A stretch of DNA of 64,000 bases. Origin: Nannocystales bacterium (lineage in GTDB: Bacteria > Myxococcota_A > Polyangia > Nannocystales > Nannocystaceae). Location of the stretch: positions 64,001-128,000 of the forward strand of contig JBOEGF010000002.1 in the NCBI GenBank assembly GCA_050633305.1. Reading direction: 5' to 3'. The position numbers and the translations under genes are program-made. Below, in pieces: positions 9,741-19,746 of this stretch. The notes under the pieces were generated by a model, which was not told the origin of the DNA, searched no databases, and saw only the letters and a list, made by a program, of their open reading frames with translations. Each line of letters opens with the position of its first letter. The first letter of the stretch is position 1.

Positions 9741-10339
9741 CCGACGCCGGGTTGATGCTGGAGTACGCCGACGGCAACCCGCAGGCCTTTCGACGACTGG
9801 TACCCGACCTCGAGCCTCGCATCCGTCGCTTCGTCCGTCGGCGAGTGCGTGACCCCGACCTCGTGAACGACCTCGTTCAGCAAACCTTCGTTCGCATTCA
9901 CGCCTCTCGTGCGCGCTATGACGGGCGCCCGCCGGAGGCGTGGTGTCTCACCATCGCGCGGTGCGTCGTCCTCGACCACTTCCGGTGCGAGCATCGCCGC
10001 TGCGGCCGACTCACGACGCTGACGCTGCGCCACGACACGGCCGGCTTCGGGCGCCCGCCGCCGCCTCCGTCTCCGGAGCAACGCTTCGCCGAGGCTGAAC
10101 GCACGGCGGAGGTGGTGCGCCGGGTGGGCGCTGCGCTCGCGTCGCTGTCGCCCGACGCGCGAGAGGTTGTCCGACGCCACAAGCTTCAGGGCCAGTCGAT
10201 GCAGCGCATCGCCGACGACCTCGGCGTCGACGCAGGCACGCTTCGGGTGCGAGCGCATCGGGCCTACCGCCGACTCGCACGCCTACTGGCCGCGTTGCCC
10301 GCGAACGAGGTCGAACCTACGGAGGTTCTTTGTCGATGA
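9737..10339 (+). CDS. ECF sigma-70 factor
   Basis: DLVQQTFVRIH region 2; IADDLGVDAGTLRVRAHRAYRRL region 4; ATGA overlap with the TolC gene. Confidence 0.9.
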   Translation: MTDAGLMLEYADGNPQAFRRLVPDLEPRIRRFVRRRVRDPDLVNDLVQQTFVRIHASRARYDGRPPEAWCLTIARCVVLDHFRCEHRRCGRLTTLTLRHDTAGFGRPPPPPSPEQRFAEAERTAEVVRRVGAALASLSPDAREVVRRHKLQGQSMQRIADDLGVDAGTLRVRAHRAYRRLARLLAALPANEVEPTEVLCR

Positions 10340-10600
10340 GGCCGTACTCCGACGGGTGGATCGCAGACCCGAAAACGACGCCGAGCTCCGCGTCGACGTT
10401 GTAGTCGGGCAGGGTACGCCAGCCATCGGACGACTCGGTCACCAGCGCGACGTCTTCGACCCGACCGCGGTCGACTTCGTGGGCGACTTCGACAGCAGCT
10501 GGAACGTGACGCCCAGCGGTCGCCCTGCATAGCACGCCCCGACGGCCTCCCCGAGGTCGCACTCGACCTCCTCGACCAACAGCTCGACTTCGGTGCTCAA
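10317..10600 (-). pseudogene. Frameshifted 3' remnant of an unknown gene next to the IS91-like end
   Basis: Two consecutive frames with host-like codon usage (TEVELLVEEVECDLGEAVG... / VEVAHEVDRG...SEYGLIDKEPP*); no start. Confidence 0.35.
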
Positions 10601-10605
10601 CGCAC

Positions 10606-10879
10606 CGCTAAGCGAAACGAAGTGCAAAAAAGCCGATGCGGAGGAGTACGGCGTCCCGCCGCCCAGGGCCGTGATCGCGCAGGAGCCGAGCGACCGGCTG
10701 AGGCCGGGGCGGAGCGACGGCCTGGGGCGAGAAGTGGGCCCGAAGCGACCGCCGAGCCCCGAGCGCCCAAGATGCAGGTTCGCCGACACGAGCCCCGGAA
10801 GAACACTCAGAGCGTCGGCCGAGAACGGCTAGAGTTGTCCACACACCCGCCCACGCGGCGGTGGCCCAGCGCCGTGAAG
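10606..10879 (-). mobile_element. IS91-like element end (copy 1)
   Basis: About 270 bp aligning with 23214-23515; includes the transposase tail LHGAGPPPRGRVCGQL*. Confidence 0.8.
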
Positions 10880-11046
10880 TGTCCTGCCGCGTGGTGACAG
10901 CTACAGTCACCCGCATCGGCCCACGACGGCGGGCTCAGCCTGATTGTCGCCGCTCAGATGAGACACCCGCCGGGACCCGGGGTGAAGGATGGACCGAGAT
11001 GTCGTCGTTCGTTGCCGAACCTCTGATGGCGTCCGATACTCACACC

Positions 11047-12123
11047 ATGACGACCATCGTCGTATCCGAAGTCTCCCGCGGCGAGGCGTACGAGAGCCTG
11101 AACATCGATGCGAGCATCGCCAGCTTGGTCAAGAAGAAGCTCGAGGCCGCGGTCTGCGATGCGCGACGGTTGGTGTCCTGCGACACGCAGCACGCTTTCG
11201 TCAAGGCGGCGCACGATTCTTTCTACGACCACCATCCACTGGTCATTCGCCCCGACGACGTTTGGTTTTGCATCGCCCAGGGCTTCGCAGCACACGTCAA
11301 CCAGAACGTAGAGATGCTGCGGGAGCGATTCGTCGCGCACGACGGGAAGAAGAAGCTCATCGTCGACCGGCCCGACTTCCTCCTGGGCCAATCGAATCCG
11401 TGGCCGGAGGTGTTCCAAGCGTTCGGTGACCAGATCGGCGCTCACGTCGGCAAGCTTCAGAAACTCGTGAGCGCTCGCTTCTCGACCACGACCCCGATCG
11501 AAGCGGCGGCCTTCGACGTGTGCGTCATGGACGTTTTTCAGGGCTACTTCGACTACGAGATTCTGGCCGGATGTGGCATCCCGGAGATCACGGTGCTGGG
11601 GACTCCCGAGGACTGGGCATCGATGATTCCCCGCGTGCGACACCTGTCCGAATACGGGCTCGAGGAGTGGGCTGCGGCGCTTGTGCCGGTGCTCGAGAAG
11701 ATCCAGAAAACGGCCGCGGGCGAGCGCGACACGGGCTTCTGGAGGTCGTTCTTTCGCTACGAGAGTGGTTCGGGGCCGGCCGAACTCACAGGCTGGATCC
11801 TGACCCTGTTCCCGTACCTCATCTCCGAGATCGAGACAAAGCGGCTCGCGCCCAATCCGTATCTGTCGACGTGGGCGCAGGGTTGGCGACACGCGGACAC
11901 TCGTGAGGAGTCCTTGGGTCTAAACTCCCTCGACCAGGCCCAGGGACCAGGCATGTGGAACATTCCCGGGAGCCTGGCAAGTGCCCCCGTCAGGCTCGAA
12001 GACAGGATGACGGAGGCCGAACACACGCTTCGACTCGTCGCGGGCATGTTCGGCGTGGAGCAGGACGTGGAGACGCTCGCACTTTCCCCAGCGTTCGGCT
12101 GGGCGGTGGTCTACGACGAGTGA
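11047..12123 (+). CDS. DUF4419 domain protein
   Basis: HHPLVIRPDDVWFCIAQG, FSTTTP, CGIPEITVLGTPEDW, GWI...FPY; start could be 10999 or 11026. Confidence 0.88.
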   Translation: MTTIVVSEVSRGEAYESLNIDASIASLVKKKLEAAVCDARRLVSCDTQHAFVKAAHDSFYDHHPLVIRPDDVWFCIAQGFAAHVNQNVEMLRERFVAHDGKKKLIVDRPDFLLGQSNPWPEVFQAFGDQIGAHVGKLQKLVSARFSTTTPIEAAAFDVCVMDVFQGYFDYEILAGCGIPEITVLGTPEDWASMIPRVRHLSEYGLEEWAAALVPVLEKIQKTAAGERDTGFWRSFFRYESGSGPAELTGWILTLFPYLISEIETKRLAPNPYLSTWAQGWRHADTREESLGLNSLDQAQGPGMWNIPGSLASAPVRLEDRMTEAEHTLRLVAGMFGVEQDVETLALSPAFGWAVVYDE

Positions 12124-12136
12124 GCCGGCCGCAGAT

Positions 12137-12283
12137 CTATCCGAGCGTCCCCCGAACCGACTCTTGGAGCACACGAGACGCGTCCGCGCCGAGTAGGCCT
12201 CCGTGCCCGCCGATCAGCTTGTCGAACGGCAAGCTGGTCAGGCTGTTGAAGTCGTTGCGCAACGAGCCGCCTGACGAGCCCAC
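12137..12283 (-). pseudogene. C-terminal remnant of a metallo-beta-lactamase-fold protein
   Basis: GGSLRNDFNSLTSLPFDKLIGGHG...RVLQESVRGTLG* resembles the MBL C-terminal HG motif. Confidence 0.5.
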
Positions 12284-12394
12284 GGGTGACCTTCGTGGGC
12301 GCCTGAGGGGCTCTAGAGCCCCGTCGTGAGTGCGGAGAGATGTGCTCGTGGCATCTCCAGCGCCGCGGCGCGGACCTCTGGTAGGTTGCGGTCC

Positions 12395-13750
12395 ATGCTG
12401 CTTCGGGCCACGCTGCCTCTCGCCGTCCTGTTCCTCATCGCCCCAGCCTGCGATTCGAAGGACTCCACTGCCTCGAAAAAGGATCCAAAAGCCGGGGCAA
12501 AGGACGCCAAGGACAAGACGAAGGACGCCAAGGACGCCAAGGACGCCAAGGACGCCAAAGCCGACCCGTCCAAGAAGGACGAGAAGGAAAGCGCCGCCAA
12601 GGCTGCCACCAAGCTTCCCGCGATCGAGGCGGCCAAGCTCGAGAAGTACCGGAAGAACGCCGAGGCGTTGGAGAAGGAGCTCGCCTCCGCGCGCAAGGCC
12701 GCCAAGGACGAGGACTGGGCAGCGGCGGTCACGGCCTATGACAAGGCGATCAAGCTCGACGACGACAACGTGCACGTCCTGAGCGAGCTCGGATGGGCAC
12801 ACTTCAAGGCCGGCGACAACGACAAGGCCGAGCACAACATCCGCCTGGCGCTCCGCCACGTCCGCAAGACCGAGGAGCGCGTCGGCCTCCTGGACAAACT
12901 CGGCAGCATCGACGAGGCGCGCGGCGACTTCGCTGGCGCCAAGGAGCACTTCGACCATGCCGTCGGCCTCACGGGCGGTGACGAGGCCCGCAAGCACCAG
13001 GAGGCGGTCGCCGACAAGGCCGCCGCGGCATGTGCAGACGGCAAGTGCACCAAGCCCGACTTCGAGACGCTCGACGACGCGTGCAAGGCCATGATCGCCC
13101 GCGTGCACGAGCAGCTCGGCTTGACCGCCGAGACCGCGGCCAACGAGTTTTCGTGCGACCCGGCCAAAGCCCAGAAGGTCGCGCTCGAGGGCGGGGACGC
13201 CACGGAAGCCGCGATCCTGGAAGTGTCGGGCAAGCACGGCGATGTCACCGAGGACGAGTTCGACCTGCTCGCGCACATCGACGGAGGCTGGCATTGGATC
13301 GGCACCGTGCTCGACGTCGAGAATCCGAACCACGGCGGCATCGCCCGCACCGGTTCGATCAAGAGCTTCGAGGCCAAGGAGCTGGTGCCGGACTCTCCGG
13401 GCAGCGAGGTCTTGGTGCACCTCGAGTTCGCCGAGACCGACGTCGACTTCGACGACAACCTCCTCTACCACGACGAGCAGGAGGCCTATCTCGTGTGCGG
13501 GATGAACCAGGGCAGGCACATCTGCCACGAGATCCCGCTGCACTACTACTTCGAGTCCGACACCCTGCGCGAAGACGAAGAGACCAAGCACAAGCCCGAG
13601 GTCCACGAGTTCACCGTTGAGGCTGCATTCGACGGCAAGGGCAAGGTCACCTTCACCGGCGACGGCGAGGTGCCCAAGGGCCTGACCGGGACCAAGCCGA
13701 TCACCGAGCTCGCCGAGCCCGAAGGCTTCGTCTTCCTGCACGCGGACTGA
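12395..13750 (+). CDS. TPR-containing lipoprotein
   Basis: LIAPAC lipobox, KDA repeats, TPRs (AVTAYDKAIKLD...LSELGWAHFKAG), acidic beta-rich C-terminus. Confidence 0.9.
   Translation: MLLRATLPLAVLFLIAPACDSKDSTASKKDPKAGAKDAKDKTKDAKDAKDAKDAKADPSKKDEKESAAKAATKLPAIEAAKLEKYRKNAEALEKELASARKAAKDEDWAAAVTAYDKAIKLDDDNVHVLSELGWAHFKAGDNDKAEHNIRLALRHVRKTEERVGLLDKLGSIDEARGDFAGAKEHFDHAVGLTGGDEARKHQEAVADKAAAACADGKCTKPDFETLDDACKAMIARVHEQLGLTAETAANEFSCDPAKAQKVALEGGDATEAAILEVSGKHGDVTEDEFDLLAHIDGGWHWIGTVLDVENPNHGGIARTGSIKSFEAKELVPDSPGSEVLVHLEFAETDVDFDDNLLYHDEQEAYLVCGMNQGRHICHEIPLHYYFESDTLREDEETKHKPEVHEFTVEAAFDGKGKVTFTGDGEVPKGLTGTKPITELAEPEGFVFLHAD
12521..12556 (+). repeat. Coding 9-bp tandem repeat (AAGGACGCC x4, Lys-Asp-Ala)
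   Basis: Read directly. Confidence 0.9.
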
Positions 13751-13757
13751 GCGGCTG

Positions 13758-13853
13758 CTCGATGTAGTTGGCGATCGCGGTCCCGGCCTGCGCTTTGGTG
13801 GCCCAGGCGTTTCGATGGATGAGCTCTTGCTTGAGCTTGTCCCCGAAGCTCTC
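13758..13853 (-). mobile_element. IS3-family transposase fragment (integrase core)
   Basis: ESFGDKLKQELIHRNAWATKAQAGTAIANYIE matches the IS3 ESF..LK.E...YIE motif. Confidence 0.8.
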
Positions 13854-14038
13854 GGACGAAGTTCTGGGTCGCTGTGACTCCCAGAGCCGGCCGATCGCTG
13901 GCCCGGAGATCAAGCCCGCGGGGGGAATCTGGAGCCCGACGTCGTGGAGACGAAACGCTCACGCGTTCGCGAGCCTCCCCCCCTCACCGTCGACTTCGTC
14001 GACCTCTAGCCGCGGGCGTTCTCGACCTCCGAATCCTG

Positions 14039-14095
14039 CCTCTCCCACGGAGCTTGTCGCACGAGTGACTCTCCACGGCACCTCAGTAGGAGAGG
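14039..14095. other. Imperfect inverted repeat (possible terminator or REP-like hairpin)
   Basis: CCTCTCCCACGGAG ... CTCAGTAGGAGAGG, about 40 bp past the VWA gene stop. Confidence 0.4.
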
Positions 14096-14136
14096 TTGGG
14101 ACGCGCCGCCCCCGGGAGTCCAAGCGACGCTGTGAA

Positions 14137-15351
14137 TCAGCCGGCGGGGTCGCACACGTGGGTGGTGTCGAGCTGCTGGACTTCGTGGAAGCTGACGCAC
14201 GCGTCGTTGCACAGCTCGATACTCGAGTGGTCGTCGGCGGCGTAGCGCCAGCCGTTCCCTTCACTGCAGCTGTCCAAGAGCGGCATGAGTTCGCCGTCGA
14301 TTTCCACTTCGAGGGCGTCGGGGTCGGACGGGGCGTCTTCGAGTTCGACCGTGCACTCTACGCGACGGGCGATCTCGTCGAGCGCGGCGGCAAGGGTCTC
14401 TTGGTCGGCGACGTTGTAGAACCGCTCGTCGCCGTCGCGGGCGACACCGCCAGCATCGGCGACCGCGTTGAGGTCGTCCTTGAGGTTGCGCCCCTCGACC
14501 GGGTGCTCGGCCGTGATGTCGATACCAACGACGTAGGTGGGGACGCCGTTGTCGGCGTAGGCGGAGCGCACCGTCTGCTCGAGTTCGGTGTCGTAGACGC
14601 TACCGATGCCACGGCTGGAGTCGTAGACGCAGTTGGCTGCACCGTCGGTGACCAGGACCATCGCGCGAGGACCGGTGACCTCCACGGTCTCCAAGTGGTT
14701 CAGGCCGTTGAGAATGGCTTCGCGGGTCGGCGTCGCGCCTTCGAACTCGGCGTCGCGCCCGGGCATCGCCGCGAGGATGGTGTCGCGCGTGCCTTCGGCA
14801 ACAGCCACTTCGGCGTGGTCGGCCATGCGACAGGCGCTGTTGAACACCGTGTCGTAGTCGTTGCTTTCGGGAACCTCGGAGTCCAGCGCGGGGAACAGAA
14901 CAGCACCAAAGTTCACCGTGTCCCCGTACGTCTCGAGCATGTTCGAGGTGACGTCGTGCAGACTGGTCCAGCGGTTGACGGTCTCGGTGTCGGCATCGGC
15001 GTCGTGGTCCCACGCGTTGCCCGTCATGCTGCCGGACTTGTCGAGCAGCAGCATGACGTTGGGGCGGGCAGAGGAGAGAAGGATCCGTTCGCCACCGCAC
15101 GTCGGGACAACGCCGTCAGAGTCGTAGCCGTCGCTGTCAGGAAAGCTGTCGTTACCGGAGTCGGAGCCGGAGTCTGAGTCGGCCGAATCGCCCTCGCTCT
15201 CGCCATCAGCGCTGTCGGAGTCTTCGGCCCCGTCGGTGTCTCCGAGGTCGATGCCTTCGCTGTCCATGCCATCCGAGTCCTGCGCCGTGCCGTTGCAGCC
15301 GACCGCGAAGACAGAGGCGAGGAGGACGAGAGCGGAAACCTTCGAGTTCAT
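14137..15351 (-). CDS. VWA-domain Cys-rich lipoprotein (CglB-like architecture)
   Basis: VFAVGC lipobox, Asp/Ser linker, MIDAS LLLDKSGSM, TPT, VLVTDG, C-terminal GWRY...IELCNDAC. Confidence 0.9.
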   Translation of the reverse strand: MNSKVSALVLLASVFAVGCNGTAQDSDGMDSEGIDLGDTDGAEDSDSADGESEGDSADSDSGSDSGNDSFPDSDGYDSDGVVPTCGGERILLSSARPNVMLLLDKSGSMTGNAWDHDADADTETVNRWTSLHDVTSNMLETYGDTVNFGAVLFPALDSEVPESNDYDTVFNSACRMADHAEVAVAEGTRDTILAAMPGRDAEFEGATPTREAILNGLNHLETVEVTGPRAMVLVTDGAANCVYDSSRGIGSVYDTELEQTVRSAYADNGVPTYVVGIDITAEHPVEGRNLKDDLNAVADAGGVARDGDERFYNVADQETLAAALDEIARRVECTVELEDAPSDPDALEVEIDGELMPLLDSCSEGNGWRYAADDHSSIELCNDACVSFHEVQQLDTTHVCDPAG

Positions 15352-15364
15352 GCCTCTCGTACTG

Positions 15365-15380
15365 AGCAATGCCCGGGCCA
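15365..15380 (-). promoter_or_regulatory. Sigma54-type -24/-12 promoter
   Basis: Minus strand TGGCCCGGGCATTGCT (GG-N10-GC with TTGC) just upstream of ATG 15351. Confidence 0.6.
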
Positions 15381-15839
15381 ACCACGCGATCGTGGGAATC
15401 ATTCGGTTTTCTTGGCGCACATCCTGGGGAGAGGTGCGTGCGACCGGATTGTCGGGCTTCCTTGCCGGGTGGCGACAGTGGTGGGCGTCGCCGTGTTCGA
15501 GTGTCACCGCTGTGCCGGCGAGAGGCCGGCTGGTGCTGTCGCCAGTACGGGCGGCCGGTCCCGGCGAGATTTCACAACCCGGGCGCTGCGAGCATCCGCG
15601 CTCGTGGCGTGTTGGAGGGCCGGACCGGACAAAAGATCTCGGTATGGTCGAAGAAAGAACCTTCGTTCCGGGCACTCCAGCGTCAGCGGCCCTGTTTGGG
15701 AATGGCGCACCGACACGAGACCACGCGATTCGGCGTCAGCAACCACATCCCCCGCGGGCGGCACGTGTCGATGCACGACGACCTTCTGGTCGGCATCTCA
15801 CGTCGCCGTGCCAGCGAGGTGCCGAAGATCTAGGGGCCA

Positions 15840-16724
15840 TGCATCGAACGCCCCGGGTTGCTTGACGCTCACCCGCTCAAGGTCGTCTATGCCTCTGCAT
15901 GCGAGACTGCGCTCTCTCCTTCGACGACCAGGGGGGTGTCCTGCCCCTACGGGTTCACCGAACCGTTGGTCCTGGGAACGTCGTACGCGATGGCGGACTT
16001 CACCACCGAGGCACAACCGCAGGCGTCACCTTCGACGACATCGACGCGCTGAGCTTCATCTTCTTCACATCGTGGCTCCCGGGGGCGGCTCCGCTTCGGC
16101 GCGAACGCATGCGCGCGCTTCGGGTCCGTGGTACCCCCTTGCAGTGCGACGCGTCCTGCTGGCTGCTGCTCTGTGCGTCGGCCCGGGCGTGGCGTGTGCG
16201 GCCGCTCCCCTGACCTCGCCCTCACCGCGCTCGCGTCCGTGCCACTGCGACCCAACACGGTGGACGGCACGATCGCCGTCATGACGGTCCTCAGTCCCGC
16301 GGAGCGCGTGCAGACCTACGCGCCCCCGGACACGCCGTCGCTTGAATCCTCGGTCCGATCCTCGAGCTGTTTCGTCACGCAACGCGTGCGCACCCCCGCG
16401 TGGCCCGAACGCGTGCGTCGAGGTGCAACGGATATGTCGATCACCACCCGCGGCAAGTGCCAGGGTTCTACGCCGCCGGCGATCGAACTCGACGCGGTCA
16501 TCGGTCAGTGGTTTTCAGTGATGGAGGAGGACGGACCCTTGCGGCCACCGACCCGACCCCGCGGCGACGGGGTGACCGCGCCTCACGGAGCGTCGTACTC
16601 GCGCTGCTCTCGGCTCGCAACGACGGCGGGGCGGAGGGCGGCCGCTGGAGGTTGTCCCCCACGAGTGCGTCAGCGCTCAGTCGACCTCGACCCGGCAGAT
16701 CGAAGCCGGATCCCACTGCAGTAG
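15840..16724 (+). pseudogene. Degraded or frameshifted gene remnants (a C-terminal scrap plus a broken lipoprotein-like ORF from GTG 16144)
   Basis: Protein-like pieces switch frames (ADFTTEAQP / GVTFDDIDALSFIFF; VRRVLLAAALCVGPGVAC / VDGTIAVMTVL...). Confidence 0.3.
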
Positions 16725-18137
16725 TGCGATCGAGCTGTCCGGGCTCACGACGACGTTGCCGAGTCGACGAATGGTGTCTTCCACGACCTGCACCGTCGAG
16801 CCGTCGGCGTGAAGCCGCAGCACGTTCGAGACGTTTGCATCGTCATCGCTCAGGGAGGTGACCCTGATGAAGCTGCCGACGTCCGGGTGCCGGCCGAAGC
16901 TGCAGAACCCCCCGGGCAGCTGCTGTGTCGAGAGTCGGTCGCCCTCTGGAGACCACAGGTCGAGAATGCCGAGGTAGGGAGGGTCGGGGTACTCGAGGGC
17001 GTAGACCGAGGGGGTGAGCGAAGTGATCGTGGCCAGCACGTTGTCTTCGACGAACCCCATGCAGGAAAAGATGTGGGCGTAGTTCTCGCCGCTGCTCTCG
17101 AACTCGCCGAAGAGGCCATCGAGCGGCTCTCCGGTGGTACTGTCGAATCGTCGGCCCCACGGGTAGGGCATGTAGGGGCCGTCGAAGCCCCCAAAGGCTT
17201 GGTACATCCCCGAGATGATGTGGAATGGGCCCTCATCTGCGATTAGTGTGTTCGTCCATGCCGCCTCGGTGGCGCCGTACTGATTGTCGACGTCATGCCT
17301 CCACAAGGGTTGTGGGGCATCTCCGTATCGGGCCCAGTTCAGCTGCGAGCCACCGAACTCCCCAGAACTCTGCATGACGGCGATGATATCGCCGGAGTCC
17401 AGCGTGGTGAGAGCTCGGTAGACGACTTGGGAGAGTGGCTCGCTGACGCCCGCGGGCGAATGCACGTAGCCGGAGTCCGACAGAGCGTGCGTCGTGAGGT
17501 CAAACGCGAGGATCTGGTCACCCACGGGGATGAATAGTCGACCCCCCGCAACCGTGCCGGCGCGAGGCGGGACATCCAGGGAAGACGTGTGGTTGAAGAC
17601 CTCCACTCCTGTCACCGCGTCGACCCCTCGAATCACGAGCAACGCCTCATCGACACTCCAGCCATACCAGACGAGCAGGTCGTCGGACCTCAGGAGCGAA
17701 GATCTATCCGGAAACTCGAGGGGAAGCGGGTGGACCCAGGAGCAGGCTGCAGGGTCCTCGACCTCCGCCCCGCCGGTGGAGCCCATGGACTCGGAGCCTT
17801 CGGTGGTTCCACCGGAATCCGACGTGGTGCTCGTCTTCGGAGCCCCTGACGACTCGCTCGAGCCCGATGGCCCAGAGGAAGTCGAGGAGGTCGTCCCGTC
17901 GGTGTCGTTCGGCCCCGTTCCCGGTGGCGCCGTCGTCTCCGAACCATTGGTCGTCCCGAGGGGAGGTGGCGTCTCCGTCGTCGAGGCGCTTGCGTTCGAG
18001 GTGGCGATGCCGCCGGGTTCACCGCTCGACGTGGATCCTTCGCCCCCCCCTTGAACGACAGGATCGCAACCGGCGAGCAGAGCCACAGTGAGCACGCCCC
18101 GCCACCAGCGCCTCCATCGACGTTTCTTGGGTACCAC
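16677..18137 (-). CDS. Lipoprotein with Ser/Thr linker and probable beta-propeller domain
   Basis: KKRRWRRWWRGVLTVALLAGC, long S/T/G tract, IRGVDAVTG and ILAFDLTT blade-like motifs; start uncertain (18137 or 18095). Confidence 0.75.
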   Translation of the reverse strand: MVPKKRRWRRWWRGVLTVALLAGCDPVVQGGGEGSTSSGEPGGIATSNASASTTETPPPLGTTNGSETTAPPGTGPNDTDGTTSSTSSGPSGSSESSGAPKTSTTSDSGGTTEGSESMGSTGGAEVEDPAACSWVHPLPLEFPDRSSLLRSDDLLVWYGWSVDEALLVIRGVDAVTGVEVFNHTSSLDVPPRAGTVAGGRLFIPVGDQILAFDLTTHALSDSGYVHSPAGVSEPLSQVVYRALTTLDSGDIIAVMQSSGEFGGSQLNWARYGDAPQPLWRHDVDNQYGATEAAWTNTLIADEGPFHIISGMYQAFGGFDGPYMPYPWGRRFDSTTGEPLDGLFGEFESSGENYAHIFSCMGFVEDNVLATITSLTPSVYALEYPDPPYLGILDLWSPEGDRLSTQQLPGGFCSFGRHPDVGSFIRVTSLSDDDANVSNVLRLHADGSTVQVVEDTIRRLGNVVVSPDSSIALLQWDPASICRVEVD

Positions 18138-18167
18138 GAGCGTTGGTGCAGCCCGGCGTCGGATTCC

Positions 18168-18753
18168 GTGCAGAAGGTACGGGGTCTGTTTCGGGCCGTT
18201 GATGACCCCGGCGACGTCTATGTGCTCTCCAATCCGGGAATGCCCGGGCTCCTCAAGATCGGGTTCACTACAAACCCGGTCCAAGAACGCGTTCAGCAGC
18301 TAAACACCACGGGTGTCCCCCACCCTTTCGCCATCGACGCGATCTACGAGTCAGAGAACCCCCACCGCGACGAGCAACGGGTTCGCGCCCTCATGGAGCC
18401 CAGGCGCGTAAACGACCGCCGTGAGTTCTTCCGAGCCGACACCTTGCTCGCCCTCGCAGCCATCTCCGAGGTCATGGGTCGCGGGCCGAGCATTCTCCGC
18501 CCGGAAGTCGGCGCCGGTTACACCGCGTTCAAGGGGGGGAGAGCCCCATCTCCATCTCGTGCCCCCCCTTGCGCGGAGCAAGATCGTTCGGCGCCTGAGC
18601 GCTGCGCTGCAGCTGCTGGCGACGAGCCAGTCCGCTACGGCGCGCAAGCAAGCCACCGTCGAACTCCAAGCGCTGATCCCAGAAGCGCGGTCACCCGAGG
18701 AGGCGATCGCACAAGCGCGGTGGCTCGTCGAGGAATCGCCGCCCCAGATTTGA
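18168..18753 (+). pseudogene. T5orf172/GIY-YIG-like domain gene with a frameshift at a G7 tract
   Basis: GDVYVLSNPGMPGLLKIGFT...ERVQQL..TGVPHPF...RREFF; deleting one G at 18533-18539 joins it to the helical ORF ending at 18753. Confidence 0.75.
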
Positions 18754-18916
18754 GAAGCTCGTCGCGCGCGATGGAACACTGGCGAGCGCGACGTCGTCTC
18801 CCCCGCGGGCACCGCTCGAATGCGCCTGCGGCACAACGTCGCCGGTGTTGACTTGAATACCGCCCACGGGATCCCGTCCGAGCGGGGGCTCGTTTCCCAG
18901 GGCCCCGCCAGCAACC

Positions 18917-19441
18917 ATGTTTGAACGCCAAGCGCTCTCCTCGGTCGTCCTGATTCCTTTGCTCCTGGCCGCTGGCTGTTCAGAGGGGGATGCCGAGACG
19001 CCCTACGTCGGGACGTATGAAGTCCGCTCGCACACCGAGAATGTGATGGGGTGCGAAGGCGCAGGAGAGGCCGTTGAAGGTGACGTGCTGTTCTTCTCTT
19101 TGGAGGACGAGAGCTTCTTCGGGGTCTCGTTGTTGACGTGGCACGACTGCGAAAGTGCGAGTTCGTGTAATGAGGAAGGAGCGCTCGATCGGTCGTTCAC
19201 CAAGGAAGGTTCGGAGTGGACCTCCAAGGTGATCTTCGCAAGCGGGGACGTCGACTGCAGCCTCGGTCTCACGGAGGGCACGATCACTGAGACCGACGCC
19301 GGGATCCGCCTCGAGTTCCGCAGCTACGAGGGCGTGCTCACCGTCGCGAGCGAGGAGGCGTGCGAGACCGACGTCGCTGAGCAACGTCGAGACGAGCTCG
19401 ATTGCACCGGCATCGAGGTGCTCGAAGCAACGCTTCTGTGA
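18917..19441 (+). CDS. Hypothetical lipoprotein
   Basis: LLLAAGC lipobox; acidic, Cys-containing. Confidence 0.8.
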   Translation: MFERQALSSVVLIPLLLAAGCSEGDAETPYVGTYEVRSHTENVMGCEGAGEAVEGDVLFFSLEDESFFGVSLLTWHDCESASSCNEEGALDRSFTKEGSEWTSKVIFASGDVDCSLGLTEGTITETDAGIRLEFRSYEGVLTVASEEACETDVAEQRRDELDCTGIEVLEATLL

Positions 19442-19610
19442 GCGGGTTGAGCCGAGCACTCTTCGGCTGAAGTCAGAGCACGCACCGTCGGAGGTTCGGC
19501 ACGTCGGACTGCAATCGGGTCCGTTGGGGTGCGACTCCGTGTACTCGAACGTTCTCCTCGGTCACCACCGATTGCACCTGTTTCGTGGACATCAAGATCG
19601 GGCCCACGCA

Positions 19611-19643
19611 CCACGGGGCGGTGACCGAGCGCCGTGAAGCTCG
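19611..19643 (-). mobile_element. 33-bp fragment of the IS91-like element (copy 3)
   Basis: 31 of 33 bases identical to 23487-23519. Confidence 0.7.
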
Positions 19644-19746
19644 CGCTGTCACCGACGACGGCCGCGAGGTGGTGGTCAAGGTGCAGTACCCCGGGCTCGA
19701 CAACGCCGTCGACTCCGACCTCGCGCACCTCAAGCTCGCAGCGTCA
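19641..19746 (+). pseudogene. ABC1/UbiB/AarF atypical kinase fragment
   Basis: RAVTDDGREVVVKVQYPGLDNAVDSDLAHL matches the VAVKVQYPG...SDL motif. Confidence 0.75.

Noticed and set aside
10321..10404. Anti-sigma gene coupled to the 9737-10339 sigma (GGAGG and ATG 10336)
   Set aside because: Only 22 codons, and the sequence is explained by the opposite-strand gene remnant
12137..13741. 534-aa minus-strand ORF as a real gene
   Set aside because: Antisense shadow of the TPR lipoprotein caused by high-GC codon bias; only the last ~48 codons look like a real relic
13768..15177. 469-aa plus-strand ORF
   Set aside because: Antisense shadow of the VWA gene; the same applies to 38902-40821, 51947-53221 and 53454-54845
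18770..18870. Quinone oxidoreductase N-terminal relic (MRLRHNVAGVDLN)
   Set aside because: Similarity too short and degenerate to support without a search
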